Positions 27,928 to 38,209 of a DNA stretch of 64,000 nt are shown piece after piece. Source of the stretch: Christensenellaceae bacterium Phil1 (GTDB lineage: Bacteria; Bacillota; Clostridia; Christensenellales; CAG-138); contig MSGS01000026.1 in NCBI GenBank assembly GCA_001940855.1, positions 33,754-97,753 on the forward strand. The letters run 5' to 3'. Made by a program: the position numbers and the translations under genes. The notes beneath the pieces were generated by a model. It was not told where the DNA came from. It saw only the letters and a list, made by a program, of their open reading frames with translations, and searched no databases. Every line of letters starts with the position of its first letter. Positions within the stretch are counted from its first letter, which is position 1.

Positions 27928-28845
27928 ATGTTAAAATACTTCCTCAAAAGGATCGTATCTTCCGTGATAACGATCTTTATGATTATTACAATTACCTTTT
28001 TCCTTATGAAAGCGATTCCGGGCAACCCGTTTGCGGACGAGAAAATGCCCAATCCCGAAATAAGGGCGGCGATGATGGAGAAGTATGGCCTTAATAAGCC
28101 GGTTATCGAGCAATACTTCGTGTATCTCGGCAACTTTATCCGCGGGGATTTCGGCGTGTCCTATACCCGCGCGGGTATAACCGTTAACAAGGTAATTGCG
28201 GACGGCTTTCCCTACTCGCTGACGATAGGCTTGTATGCTTCGCTGATTGTGGTTTTTGCGGGCATAGGCTTTGGTGTGATGTGCGCGCTCAATCAGAACA
28301 AGTTCATTGACCGCTTCTTCATGGTGCTCTCCACGCTGGGCGCAACCATACCAAGCTTTGTGCTTGCAACGGGCTTTTTGTTCATATTCAGCAAAACGCT
28401 CGGCTGGGTGCCCTCCTTCGGCGTTGATACGGCGGCGGGCTACATAGGGCCGATAGTCGTTATAGGCGCGTTCTCGCTTTCCTTTATAACGCGCCTTACC
28501 CGCACAAGCCTGCTTGAGGTGCAGCAGCAGGATTATATCCGCACCGCGCGCAGCAAGGGCATATCCGAATTCAAGGTAACGTATAAGCATGCGCTCAGGA
28601 ACGCGCTGCTGCCGGTAATAACCTATGTTGGCCCCATGGTTGCAAGCATAGTTACGGGTTCCTTCGTTATTGAAAAGGTGTTCGGAATACCTGGCGTAGG
28701 TAGCCTGTTCACAAACAGTATAATAAACCGCGACTATCCGCTGATAATGGGCATAACGGTGTTCTTTGCAATATTGCTGATTATATCGGTGCTGATAGTG
28801 GACTTTATATACGTTCTGGTAGACCCCAGAATAAAGCTGGATTAA
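27928..28845 (+). CDS. oppB: Oligopeptide ABC transporter permease
   Basis: 305 aa. N-terminus MLKYFLKRIVSSVITIFMIITITFFLMKAIPGNPF, with an EAA-loop region. SD GAAGGAG. Confidence 0.9.
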   Translation: MLKYFLKRIVSSVITIFMIITITFFLMKAIPGNPFADEKMPNPEIRAAMMEKYGLNKPVIEQYFVYLGNFIRGDFGVSYTRAGITVNKVIADGFPYSLTIGLYASLIVVFAGIGFGVMCALNQNKFIDRFFMVLSTLGATIPSFVLATGFLFIFSKTLGWVPSFGVDTAAGYIGPIVVIGAFSLSFITRLTRTSLLEVQQQDYIRTARSKGISEFKVTYKHALRNALLPVITYVGPMVASIVTGSFVIEKVFGIPGVGSLFTNSIINRDYPLIMGITVFFAILLIISVLIVDFIYVLVDPRIKLD

Positions 28846-28860
28846 CAGGAGGGAGAAAAA

Positions 28861-30180
28861 ATGGAAAGCAACACGCGCTGGCAAAGCGTTGACCGCGGTA
28901 CGCTTGAATCCGAAAAGATATCCCGCCCAAGCCTGACCTACTGGCAGGACTGCTGGCAAAGGCTTAAAAAGAACAAGAGCGCCGTGCTGTCGCTGATAAT
29001 AATTGTGGTGATAGTGCTGTCGGCCATATTTGTGCCCATGTTCTGGCGGCTTTCCTATGATCAGCAGAACCTTGAATTTGCCAACATTCCGCCGCAGCTT
29101 GAGCTTTATGATCTTGGCGGCGGGACGTATGTGTATTTGACCAACGAGTTCAAGTGCATTGATACCGATGAGAAGGGAAACCTTATCGCCTCCTCCAAAA
29201 TGGTAAAGGACGATAAGACCAACCGCATGTATATTTACGAAATAAACGGCAAGCCGCTGGTGGTGGATTACGGCGTATACTTTAAGGCCAAATCCGAATT
29301 CATTCAGCAGGAGGCCGCCAACGCTTCAGGCGGGCGGATAGCCGTTGCGGACGTTAACTACCTTGCCGAATACTTTGGCGATAATCCGCCCGAAAGCGGC
29401 TATGTTACCATTGACGAAGCACGCACGATACTTGATAAAAAAATAGAGCGCTTTACCGTTACCTACAACGGCGCAACGATGAAGCCGTTCAAAACAGTTT
29501 CAAACAAAACTTATATATGGGGCAGCGATTCGCTGGGCAGGGATATGTTTATCCGCGTTATATACGGCGCAAGAATGTCCTTGCTGGTTGGCGTTGTTGC
29601 GGCGATAGTCAACTTCGTAATCGGCGTGCTGTATGGCGGCATAGCGGGCTTCTGCGGCGGCAGCGTGGACAACGTAATGATGCGCATTGTGGATACCATA
29701 AGCTCTATCCCCATGATGCTTTACGTTATTCTGATCATGGTGGTGATGGGGCCGGGGCTTCAATCCATAATACTCGCAATGGGACTTACATACTGGGTAG
29801 ATATGGCGCGTATAGTGCGCTCCCAGGTGCTGAGCATGAGGGAGCAGGAATTTGTGCTGGCGGCAACGCTGCTTGGCGTGCCCTCGCGCAAAATACTTAC
29901 CCGCCACCTTATACCGAACGCCATGGGGCCCATAATGGTTTCAATAACCATGCAGATTCCGAGCGCAATGTTTACGGAAGCGTTTTTGAGCTTTATAGGA
30001 CTCGGCGTATCCAAGCCCAAGGCTTCGTGGGGCGCGCTTGCAAATGCGGCGCTGCCGGGATTGTATACCAATCCTTATCAGCTTTTCTATCCGGCGCTGG
30101 TTATGAGCGTAACCATTCTGGCGCTTAACCTGTTTAGCGACGGGCTGAGGGATTCGCTTGACCCGAGGCTCAGGAAGTGA
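28861..30180 (+). CDS. oppC: Oligopeptide ABC transporter permease with an enlarged extracytoplasmic loop
   Basis: 439 aa. TM1 is followed by about 150 extra residues before the conserved WGSDSLGRDMFIRVIYGARMSL motif. Confidence 0.9.
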   Translation: MESNTRWQSVDRGTLESEKISRPSLTYWQDCWQRLKKNKSAVLSLIIIVVIVLSAIFVPMFWRLSYDQQNLEFANIPPQLELYDLGGGTYVYLTNEFKCIDTDEKGNLIASSKMVKDDKTNRMYIYEINGKPLVVDYGVYFKAKSEFIQQEAANASGGRIAVADVNYLAEYFGDNPPESGYVTIDEARTILDKKIERFTVTYNGATMKPFKTVSNKTYIWGSDSLGRDMFIRVIYGARMSLLVGVVAAIVNFVIGVLYGGIAGFCGGSVDNVMMRIVDTISSIPMMLYVILIMVVMGPGLQSIILAMGLTYWVDMARIVRSQVLSMREQEFVLAATLLGVPSRKILTRHLIPNAMGPIMVSITMQIPSAMFTEAFLSFIGLGVSKPKASWGALANAALPGLYTNPYQLFYPALVMSVTILALNLFSDGLRDSLDPRLRK

Positions 30181-30191
30181 GGAACACGGAT

Positions 30192-31217
30192 ATGGCAAGA
30201 AAACTTCTATCTGTAAGGAATCTTAAAACGTCGTTCTTTACCCACGTTGGCGAGGTAAAGGCCGTGCGCGGCATAAGCTTTGACGTGAACGAAGGCGAGG
30301 TGCTGGGCATAGTCGGCGAATCCGGCTCCGGCAAAAGCGTTACCAGCCTTTCCATAATGGGCCTGCTTCAGTATCCCGGCCGCGTGGTTGACGGCGAAAT
30401 ACTGCTGAACGGCGAGGATATACTGACATACAGCAAGAACCAGATGCGCAAGGTTCGCGGCAAGGAAATAGCCATGATATTCCAGGATCCCATGACAAGC
30501 CTTAACCCGGTTTACACCATAGGCAACCAGATCATGGAAATGATACTGGAGCATGAAAAAATGAGCAGGCGGGAGGCCCGCGCACGCGCGATAGAGATGC
30601 TGAAGCTCGTTGGCATACCCGCGGCGGAAAAGCGCATAGACAGCTACCCGCACGAATTCTCCGGCGGCATGAGGCAGCGCGTTATGATAGCGCTTGCGCT
30701 TTCCTGCAATCCCAAGCTGCTTATTGCCGACGAACCCACCACCGCGCTTGACGTTACCATTCAGGCGCAGATACTCAACCTTATAAAAAAGCTGAACAGG
30801 CAATTCGGCATGACCACAATGCTCATTACGCATGATCTTGGCGTGGTTGCTACGGTTTGCGACAAGGTTGCCGTTATGTACGGCGGGCTGATAATGGAAT
30901 ACGGCACGGCGGACGAAATATTCTACCATCCGCGCCATCCGTACACCATGGGCCTGCTCGGCTCCATACCGCATGTGGACGGCGGGGAAAAGCGCAGGCT
31001 TATACCAATAGACGGCACGCCGCCTGACCTTATAAATCCGCCAAAGGGCTGCCCGTTCAGTACACGGTGCAAATACTGCATGAACGTATGCACCCAGGAG
31101 CAGCCGCCATACTTTGCGGAAGATAAGCACAGGACAATGTGCTGGATGCTTGATGCCGATGCGCCCAAGGACAGCGACTATGAGATGAGGAAGGCTGGTG
31201 TTAACTATGGCAGGTGA
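30192..31217 (+). CDS. oppD: Oligopeptide ABC transporter ATP-binding protein
   Basis: Walker A GESGSGKS, signature FSGGMRQR, Walker [14 protein letters not shown]-terminal oligopeptide-type extension (GCPFSTRC). Confidence 0.9.
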   Translation: MARKLLSVRNLKTSFFTHVGEVKAVRGISFDVNEGEVLGIVGESGSGKSVTSLSIMGLLQYPGRVVDGEILLNGEDILTYSKNQMRKVRGKEIAMIFQDPMTSLNPVYTIGNQIMEMILEHEKMSRREARARAIEMLKLVGIPAAEKRIDSYPHEFSGGMRQRVMIALALSCNPKLLIADEPTTALDVTIQAQILNLIKKLNRQFGMTTMLITHDLGVVATVCDKVAVMYGGLIMEYGTADEIFYHPRHPYTMGLLGSIPHVDGGEKRRLIPIDGTPPDLINPPKGCPFSTRCKYCMNVCTQEQPPYFAEDKHRTMCWMLDADAPKDSDYEMRKAGVNYGR

Positions 31218-32193
31218 TAAGCTGCTGCAAGTTGAAAACCTGACAAAGTATTTCTATAAGCCGCAGGGACTTTTCGGCCAAAAGAAGCAGATAGTCAAAA
31301 GCGTTGACCACGTAACCTTTGACATTATGCGCAACGAAACGCTGGGGCTGGTAGGCGAATCGGGCTGCGGCAAAACAACCGTAGGCCGCACGATAACGCG
31401 GCTTTATGAGCCTACCGACGGCAGAATAATTTTTGACGGGCAGGACATAAGCCACCTTACTAAAAAGGAACTGCTGCCATACCGCAAAAAAATGCAGATG
31501 ATATTCCAGGACCCGTATGCTTCGCTCAATGCGCGCATGACCGTTATGGACATAATACGCGAAGCTCTGGATCTTCATTCCGACCTTAAAACGAAGGAAG
31601 AAAAGAGCAAGCGGGTATATGAGCTGCTGGACCGCGTTGGGCTGATGCGCGAGCACGCCAACCGCTATCCGCATGAATTTTCCGGCGGCCAGCGCCAGCG
31701 CATAGGTATAGCAAGGGCGTTGGCGGTAGATCCGGAATTCATAGTGTGCGATGAACCGATAAGCGCGCTTGACGTTTCCATTCAGGCGCAGGTTGTGAAC
31801 ATGCTGGAGGATCTTCAGCGCGAATTTGGGCTGACCTATCTTTTCATAGCGCACGATCTTTCCATGGTGCGCCACATAAGCGACAGGATAGGCGTTATGT
31901 ACCTTGGCAAGCTGGTTGAAATAGGCCCGAGCGAGGAAATATACAGCCATCACTTACACCCGTATACGGAGGCGCTGCTTTCCTCCGTACCGGTACCCGA
32001 TCCGGAAAAGGCAAGGGCAAAGGAGCAGATAGTGCTTCAGGGCGATATACCAAGCCCCATTGACCCGCCCTCCGGCTGCCGCTTCCGCACGCGCTGCCCA
32101 CGCGCCTGCGAACAGTGCGCCCAAGTTGAACCCGAACTGAAGCCCGTTGGCAATGATCATTTTGTTGCGTGCCATTTGGTTAATGCCGAATGA
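31207..32193 (+). CDS. oppF: Oligopeptide ABC transporter ATP-binding protein
   Basis: Walker [10 protein letters not shown], signature FSGGQRQR, Walker [14 protein letters not shown]-terminal GCRFRTRC. The GTG at 31198 is an alternative start. Confidence 0.9.
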   Translation: MAGDKLLQVENLTKYFYKPQGLFGQKKQIVKSVDHVTFDIMRNETLGLVGESGCGKTTVGRTITRLYEPTDGRIIFDGQDISHLTKKELLPYRKKMQMIFQDPYASLNARMTVMDIIREALDLHSDLKTKEEKSKRVYELLDRVGLMREHANRYPHEFSGGQRQRIGIARALAVDPEFIVCDEPISALDVSIQAQVVNMLEDLQREFGLTYLFIAHDLSMVRHISDRIGVMYLGKLVEIGPSEEIYSHHLHPYTEALLSSVPVPDPEKARAKEQIVLQGDIPSPIDPPSGCRFRTRCPRACEQCAQVEPELKPVGNDHFVACHLVNAE

Positions 32194-32239
32194 TAACTAT
32201 ATTAACGCAATAACGAAAAAACAAGGAGGAAAAATCAAA

Positions 32240-34012
32240 ATGAAACGTTTAGTTTGCTTTATGGTTGCCGCCGCAATGCTGCTTAGCCTTGCCGCGTGCG
32301 CACCCACAACGCAGCCGAACAACCCCGAGAACACCAATGCGAGCAACACTAACGACCCGGCACAGCCCGGTGACACCACCGTGACTCCCGCTGACGGCGA
32401 GGTTTCGGGCGACTACCTGGTTTGGAACATAGGCGTTGAATCCAAATCCTTTGACCCGCAGATAAATACTTCCAGCGCGGGCGGCAACATCATATTCAAT
32501 ATTTATGACGGCCTTGTGCGCGACACCGTGGACGGAATAGAGATGGCTACCGCCGAAAGCTATGAAGTAAGCGCGAACGCAGAGGGCGTGGAGAATACCG
32601 TTTACACCTTCAAGCTGCGCAAGGACGCAAAGTGGTCCGACGGCCAAAGCGTTACCGCGAAGGACTTTGAATACGCCTGGAAGCGCGCCTGCTCCCCCGA
32701 GCTTGCGTCCACCTATGCATTCCTTGTAAACGATTATATAAAGGGTGCGCGTGAATACTTCTCCGGCACCGGCTCGCGCGACGACGTGGGCGTAAAGGCG
32801 CTGGACGATTATACCCTGCAGGTTGAGCTGATACAGCCCACTGCGTACTTCCTTAACCTTGTATCCTTCTTCACCTATATGCCTTGCCGCGAGGACATGG
32901 CCTCCACCGGTGAAGGTTGGGAAAAGGATCCCGCCAAGTGCATAACCAACGGCGCATTCTATCTGGAAGAATACAAGATAGGTTCCCATGTTTTGCTAAA
33001 GAAGAACGAGAATTTCTGGAACAAGGATAACGTTAAGCTTGCCGGCATAAAGGGACTGTTTATAACCGATGCCACCACCTCTTTGCAGGGCTATGAAGCG
33101 GGCGAAATAAACGTGACCAGCACCCTGCCCGGCGAGGAAATACCCCGCTTGCTGGCAGAAGATCCGAACTTTGTAAGTGAGCCCGCCCTTGGCACCACCT
33201 ACATTGAGTTCAATATGGATGCCGAAATAGTTAACGATGTTAACGTGCGCAAGGCGCTCAGCCTTGCCATAGACCGCAAGCTGATATGCGATCAGGTGCT
33301 GCGCAACGGCGCCGTTCCCGCTGCTGCGTTCGTGGCGCCAGCGTTCAAGCTTTCCACGGGCGAAAGCATGCGCACCATGGATGAATACGGCAACGTGACT
33401 ACCGAATTTGAAATAAACCCCAACAGCGCGGAAGTTGACAAAGCGCGCGAGTATCTGGCGGCCGCCGGCTATCCCAACGGCGAGGGCTTCCCTGAACTTG
33501 ACCTGCTCTATTATGAGACCGGCAGCATGAGCCAGATTGCCGAGGCTCTTCAGCAGATGTGGAAGGAAAACCTTGGCATAAACGTAAAGCTGAAGGTTGA
33601 GGAATTTGCCACGTATGCAAACACCATAAACTCCGGCAACTTTACGATAACCATATACGACTGGGGCGCGGACTACAACGACCCCATGTCGATGCTTTCC
33701 CTGTTCAGCGCCACCGGCATGAACGACTCGCGCTGGAGATATAAGGAATACGCCGGTGTTCCCGATGACACCACGCTCAACCCCGAGAACCAGGCCTATG
33801 ATGACGCCGTTATAATGGCCAGCAAGACCATGGGTACCGAGCGCGACGGCTACCTGAAGGAAGCTGAAAAGGTGCTGATGGAGAACATGGTAATATGCCC
33901 CATACATTATGCCACCTATACTCAGGTTATAGATTATGGTAAGGTTGCAGGCCCCGGCAGGACGCCGATAGGCCAGTGGGACTTCCAGTACTACACCGTA
34001 CTTGGCAAATAA
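32240..34012 (+). CDS. oppA: Peptide ABC transporter substrate-binding lipoprotein (family 5)
   Basis: Lipoprotein signal MKRLVCFMVAAAMLLSLAAC, then an SBP_bac_5-like body. SD AAGGAGGA lies 9 nt upstream of the ATG at 32240. Confidence 0.9.
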   Translation: MKRLVCFMVAAAMLLSLAACAPTTQPNNPENTNASNTNDPAQPGDTTVTPADGEVSGDYLVWNIGVESKSFDPQINTSSAGGNIIFNIYDGLVRDTVDGIEMATAESYEVSANAEGVENTVYTFKLRKDAKWSDGQSVTAKDFEYAWKRACSPELASTYAFLVNDYIKGAREYFSGTGSRDDVGVKALDDYTLQVELIQPTAYFLNLVSFFTYMPCREDMASTGEGWEKDPAKCITNGAFYLEEYKIGSHVLLKKNENFWNKDNVKLAGIKGLFITDATTSLQGYEAGEINVTSTLPGEEIPRLLAEDPNFVSEPALGTTYIEFNMDAEIVNDVNVRKALSLAIDRKLICDQVLRNGAVPAAAFVAPAFKLSTGESMRTMDEYGNVTTEFEINPNSAEVDKAREYLAAAGYPNGEGFPELDLLYYETGSMSQIAEALQQMWKENLGINVKLKVEEFATYANTINSGNFTITIYDWGADYNDPMSMLSLFSATGMNDSRWRYKEYAGVPDDTTLNPENQAYDDAVIMASKTMGTERDGYLKEAEKVLMENMVICPIHYATYTQVIDYGKVAGPGRTPIGQWDFQYYTVLGK

Positions 34013-34028
34013 TCAGGCTTTCCGCTTT

Positions 34029-34074
34029 GGGCTGCCCCCGCATCTGAGACACGAGGGCGGCTCAGCCTTTTTTA
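34029..34074 (+). terminator. Probable intrinsic terminator after oppA
   Basis: A GC-rich imperfect hairpin (gggctg...ctcagcc) followed by TTTTTT at 34068..34073. Confidence 0.5.
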
Positions 34075-34163
34075 TCGGCAGAAATCGTACTGCGTATAAA
34101 AAACCGTTTTGTGGTATAATTATAAAAATTGCCTTCGGGCGCAAAAAGGAAGGATCTGCCGCA

Positions 34164-34823
34164 ATGTGGATCAGCGTTGTTGAGGACGAGAAAACTTTAA
34201 ATAATTTGATCACAAAATACCTTGAAAAGGAAGGGTACAACGTGCGCAGCTACACCACGGGGGAGGACGCCGTGGCGGGGATAGATAAACCCACGGACCT
34301 TTGGGTAATAGATATTATGCTGCCGGATCTGGACGGGTTCAGCGTTTTTAAGGAAGTTAAAAACCACGATAAAAATGTGTATACTATATTCATTTCCGCC
34401 AGGAATCAGGATATAGACCGCGTGGTGGGGCTGGAATTGGGCTGCGATGATTATATACCAAAGCCATTCCTTGTAAGGGAACTGGTGATAAAGGTAAACA
34501 AGCTGCTTAAAGCCGCGCCGCGTCATGCCGAAACGCTGGAACTGCCGCCGTATAAGATGGAGCTTGATAAGCACACCGTGCTTGAAAACGGGCAACCCAT
34601 AAGCCTTACCGTTAAGGAATACGATTTGCTTGCATACTTTGCCGCAAATCCGGACAGCGTGCTGAGCCGCACGGATATACTGAACAAGGTTTGGGGCTAT
34701 GATTATTTCGGTACGGACCGCGTGGTGGACGACACGATAAGAAGGCTTAGGCGAAAGCTGCCCAAGCTTTTGCTGGATACCGTTTACGGCCTTGGATACA
34801 GGCTGAATAAGGAGGGACTGTGA
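34164..34823 (+). CDS. OmpR-family response regulator
   Basis: Receiver domain (MWISVVEDEKT...VIDIMLPDLDGF) plus a winged-helix C-terminus (LTVKEYDLLAYFAANPDSVLSRTDILNKVWG...YGLGYRL). Confidence 0.9.
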   Translation: MWISVVEDEKTLNNLITKYLEKEGYNVRSYTTGEDAVAGIDKPTDLWVIDIMLPDLDGFSVFKEVKNHDKNVYTIFISARNQDIDRVVGLELGCDDYIPKPFLVRELVIKVNKLLKAAPRHAETLELPPYKMELDKHTVLENGQPISLTVKEYDLLAYFAANPDSVLSRTDILNKVWGYDYFGTDRVVDDTIRRLRRKLPKLLLDTVYGLGYRLNKEGL

Positions 34824-35851
34824 GCCGCTTTTCCGGAAGGGTATGGATGCAGGATAAGCCGCTTGCATATCAGCTTTTTGTAAAGCTGTTCGTCTATTCG
34901 GCGCTTGTGGGCGCGGCGGCCATAGCGTATATGGCTGTATGCGTCTTTTCCGCAAAGCAGCTTACGGGCGAACAATGGGCCGAAATAGTTTGCCTGTTTA
35001 TAATGGTGCTTATCGCTAATCTTTTCATTTCCCGCTCGATAACCGCGCGCATAACGGAGCCGTTTGAAAAGCTGGCCAAAAACATGGCGCGTATAAAGAA
35101 CAAAAACTGGAAGGAAAAGATATATCAGGTCAACCGCAAGGATGAAGTGGGCCGCATAATCAACTCCCTTTCCGCCATTCAAACCAACGTAAACGAAATA
35201 AACGAGGATGAGGAGCTGTTTTACCAAAGCGTATCCCATGGGCTTAAAACGCCCATAATGGTAATACAAAACTGCTGCACGGCGTATCAGGACGGTATAT
35301 ACGGCGACGAAGCCATAGACATAATTATGCACGAAAGCGTTGTGCTTGAGGCGGGGATAAAAAAGCTGCTCTACGTTTCCTCGTTTGACCACATGCTTGG
35401 CAAAAAGAGCGAGTTTGTGGCGGTGGACATAGCCAAGCTGTGCGAGCAATGCGTTAAGCGCTTTGAAGCCAGCACCAACGGCGCAGCCATAGAGCTGGAC
35501 GTGCCGCAGGGCATAATGATAAACGGTAATGCGGAGGCGCTGGAGACGCTTTTTTGCAACATAATAGAAAACGCCATACGCTACGTTAAAACAAAAATAA
35601 GAATATTCCTTAAAGAGGACGGCGCGAACTACATAATAGTTTTTGAAAACGACGGCAAGCCGATAGAGCAGAAAACCATGGAGATGCTGTTTGACAAATT
35701 CTATAAAGGACCAAAGGGCAGCTTTGGCCTGGGGCTGTACATTGCGCGAAAGATAGCCATTTTCCATGGCGGCGATATTTGGGCCGAGAACATAGAAAAC
35801 GGGGTGCAGTTCCATGTTGCGCTAAAAAAATATAACGAGGAGGAACAATGA
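34820..35851 (+). CDS. Sensor histidine kinase
   Basis: Two N-terminal TM segments, H-box FYQSVSHGLKTPIMVI, N/G boxes NIIENAIRY and GLGLYIARKIAIFHGG. The GTG at 34820 overlaps the regulator stop; the ATG at 34847 is an alternative. Confidence 0.85.
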   Translation: MSRFSGRVWMQDKPLAYQLFVKLFVYSALVGAAAIAYMAVCVFSAKQLTGEQWAEIVCLFIMVLIANLFISRSITARITEPFEKLAKNMARIKNKNWKEKIYQVNRKDEVGRIINSLSAIQTNVNEINEDEELFYQSVSHGLKTPIMVIQNCCTAYQDGIYGDEAIDIIMHESVVLEAGIKKLLYVSSFDHMLGKKSEFVAVDIAKLCEQCVKRFEASTNGAAIELDVPQGIMINGNAEALETLFCNIIENAIRYVKTKIRIFLKEDGANYIIVFENDGKPIEQKTMEMLFDKFYKGPKGSFGLGLYIARKIAIFHGGDIWAENIENGVQFHVALKKYNEEEQ

Positions 35852-35852
35852 T

Positions 35853-36896
35853 ATGAATTTTGATCTTTTGTATACCATGCTCAATACAGAATCCGTAAGC
35901 GGCGGGGAAATACCGCTGCAAAAAAAGGTTGCGGCGTATATGCGCGAAACCGGCTTTAACGTGGATACGGACAAAACGGGTAACGTTATTGCCCACATTA
36001 ACGAGAAAAGCGCCGTAAAGGTGCTGATGAGCGGGCACATTGACGAAATAGGTTTCCGCGTAACGTATATTAGCGAAAACGGCATGATACACGTTAATAA
36101 GGCCGGCTTTATACGCCCGGAGCTTATGCAGGGCAAGCGCGTGACGGTGCTGGGTAAAAAGCGCATAACGGGCGTTATGGGCATATTGCTCAAGGATGGA
36201 AACGTGCGCACGGATGTGGCGCTGAAGGATATGTATATAGACTGCGGCTTTACAACGGATAAGCAGGCGGCAGAATGGATAAGGCCGGGCGATTTCGTAA
36301 CGTATACTTATGCATACGATATGCTGGAAAACAACTGCATAGCCGGCCGCGGGCTGGACGATAAGCTGGGTGCGTTCACCGTTATGCAGGCGCTTATGCG
36401 CGCGAAGGAGCTGGGCGCAAAGGTGGGCGTATATGCCGCCACAACAGTGGGCGAAGAAACCACAATGCGCGGCGCATACTTTGCCGCGGCACGCATCAAG
36501 CCAACGCTTGCCATAGCCGTGGATGTTATACATTCGTCGGACTACCCCGGATCTGATGTGGAGCGCTTTGGTAAAATAGACCTTGGCAAAGGGCCGGTGC
36601 TTGTGCGCAGCGCGTGCAGCAACGAACCTACCGTGCGCAGGATGGAGGACGCGGCAAAGAAGGCCGGCATAGCCGTGCAGTATGAAGTTGCGGGCGGCGT
36701 GACCGGCACGGATTCGGATAAAATGCACCTGAGCGCGGAGGGCATACCTATGGCGGTGCTGAGCATCCCGCTCAGATATATGCACAGCCCCAGCGAAGTG
36801 GGCTGCCTTACGGACGTGGAAGAAAGCATAGAGCTTTTGGCGCAGTTTATAGCCAGCCTTGACGAAAGCTTCACTGCTGATCCGTTTGAAGCGTAA
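35853..36896 (+). CDS. M42-family metallopeptidase (glutamyl aminopeptidase / FrvX-like)
   Basis: 347 aa. LMSGHIDEIGFRV and GRGLDDKLG are typical of the M42 family. Confidence 0.85.
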   Translation: MNFDLLYTMLNTESVSGGEIPLQKKVAAYMRETGFNVDTDKTGNVIAHINEKSAVKVLMSGHIDEIGFRVTYISENGMIHVNKAGFIRPELMQGKRVTVLGKKRITGVMGILLKDGNVRTDVALKDMYIDCGFTTDKQAAEWIRPGDFVTYTYAYDMLENNCIAGRGLDDKLGAFTVMQALMRAKELGAKVGVYAATTVGEETTMRGAYFAAARIKPTLAIAVDVIHSSDYPGSDVERFGKIDLGKGPVLVRSACSNEPTVRRMEDAAKKAGIAVQYEVAGGVTGTDSDKMHLSAEGIPMAVLSIPLRYMHSPSEVGCLTDVEESIELLAQFIASLDESFTADPFEA

Positions 36897-36924
36897 AAAG
36901 CGTTTAATATAACGGGATTCCGGC

Positions 36925-36958
36925 AATCCTCTCATCATAACGATGGGAGGATTTTTTA
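36925..36958 (+). terminator. Intrinsic terminator after the M42 gene; its 3' arm contains the spoIIR SD
   Basis: aatcctctc (36925..36933) pairs with gggaggatt (36945..36953), followed by a T-run to 36957. GGGAGG at 36945..36950 is the only SD for the spoIIR ATG at 36961. Confidence 0.55.
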
Positions 36959-36960
36959 TT

Positions 36961-37548
36961 ATGAAAACAAAGCGGAGGATAATGCGGCTTATTGCTGCGG
37001 CATGCGCGGCGGCGGTGATCGGCATGCAGGGCGCGGCGGGTGCGGCGCGGGCGGAGGCTATGGGAGGGATACTGAGGCTGCACATTATGGCAAACAGCGA
37101 TTCCGCGGCGGATCAGCGCGCAAAGCTTGCCGTGCGGGACGCGGTGCTTGAAGCTATGGGCGGAATGCGCGGCTGCGAAAGCGAGGCGGAGGCGGAAATG
37201 ATGCTTATGCAAAGCGGGGCGGAGGTGCTTCGCACGGCCGAGGATACGCTGAAAAAATGCGGCATGGAATACGGGGCGCAGCTTGTTATAGGCGAATTTG
37301 AATTTCCGGACAGGGTATACGCGGGCATACTTTATCCCAAAGGAAAATACAGGGCGCTGAGGATAATTTTAGGCGAAGGAAAAGGGCATAATTGGTGGTG
37401 CGTAATGTTTCCGGCAATATGCATAGACGCGGGCGAAAAGGGGGAAATTGATATAAAAGGGCTTGAAATGAAAAGCTGGATAATAGAAAAGCTGAAAAGC
37501 ATAGACGGAGGAAAGCTATGGAAAAAAATAATGCGAAGGCTTGGCTGA
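36961..37548 (+). CDS. spoIIR: Stage II sporulation protein R
   Basis: Signal/TM segment, then LRLHIMANSDSAADQRAKLAVRDAVL...GKGHNWWCVMFP, the hallmark SpoIIR motifs. Confidence 0.85.
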   Translation: MKTKRRIMRLIAAACAAAVIGMQGAAGAARAEAMGGILRLHIMANSDSAADQRAKLAVRDAVLEAMGGMRGCESEAEAEMMLMQSGAEVLRTAEDTLKKCGMEYGAQLVIGEFEFPDRVYAGILYPKGKYRALRIILGEGKGHNWWCVMFPAICIDAGEKGEIDIKGLEMKSWIIEKLKSIDGGKLWKKIMRRLG

Positions 37549-38198
37549 GCCTTGCCATGATATTCGCGCTGTGCCTGTGCATAGGCGGCGAAAGCATAGC
37601 GGCAACGCTTAGGGTAGGCTCGAGCGGGGAGGACGTGAAAACGCTGCAAACCAAGCTGAAGCGCTGGGGCTACTACACGGGCAGTATAGACGGCGTGTTC
37701 GGCGCGGGCACGAAGAAGGCGGTTATAGCCTTCCAAAAGAAAAACGGCCTTACGCCGGACGGCATAGTGGGCGCGGCAACGCTGAAGGCGCTGGGGATGA
37801 GCGCGTCGGGCGGGTCGGGCTCGTCAAGCTCAAGCGGCACGAATACGGACGGCAATCTATATCTGCTTGCGCGGCTGGTTTACGGCGAGGCGCGCGGCGA
37901 ACCGTATAAGGGGCAGGTGGCCGTTGCGGCGGTGGTACTGAACAGGGTGAAAAGCAGCCAGTTCCCCAACAGCGTAAGCGGAGTGATATACCAAAGCGGG
38001 GCGTTCAGTGTTGTGAACGACGGGCAGATAAACCTTACCCCCGATGAAACAGCGATAAAGGCCGCGCGGGACGCCATGAACGGATATGACCCGACAAACG
38101 GGTGCCTATATTACTATAATCCCGCAAAGACCACCAACCAATGGATGCTGAGCAAGCCGGTGCTTTTGGTGATAGGCAACCATTCATTCTTCAAATAA
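37518..38198 (+). CDS. sleB: Spore cortex-lytic enzyme SleB-type (PG_binding_1 domain plus Hydrolase_2 domain)
   Basis: LRVGSSGEDVKTLQTKLKRWGYYTGSIDGVFGAGTKKAVIAFQKKNGLTPDGIVG, then LLARLVYGEARGEPYKGQVAVAAVVLNRV...GVIYQSGAFS. Confidence 0.85.
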   Translation: MEKNNAKAWLSLAMIFALCLCIGGESIAATLRVGSSGEDVKTLQTKLKRWGYYTGSIDGVFGAGTKKAVIAFQKKNGLTPDGIVGAATLKALGMSASGGSGSSSSSGTNTDGNLYLLARLVYGEARGEPYKGQVAVAAVVLNRVKSSQFPNSVSGVIYQSGAFSVVNDGQINLTPDETAIKAARDAMNGYDPTNGCLYYYNPAKTTNQWMLSKPVLLVIGNHSFFK

Positions 38199-38209
38199 GG
38201 AGGGGACAT

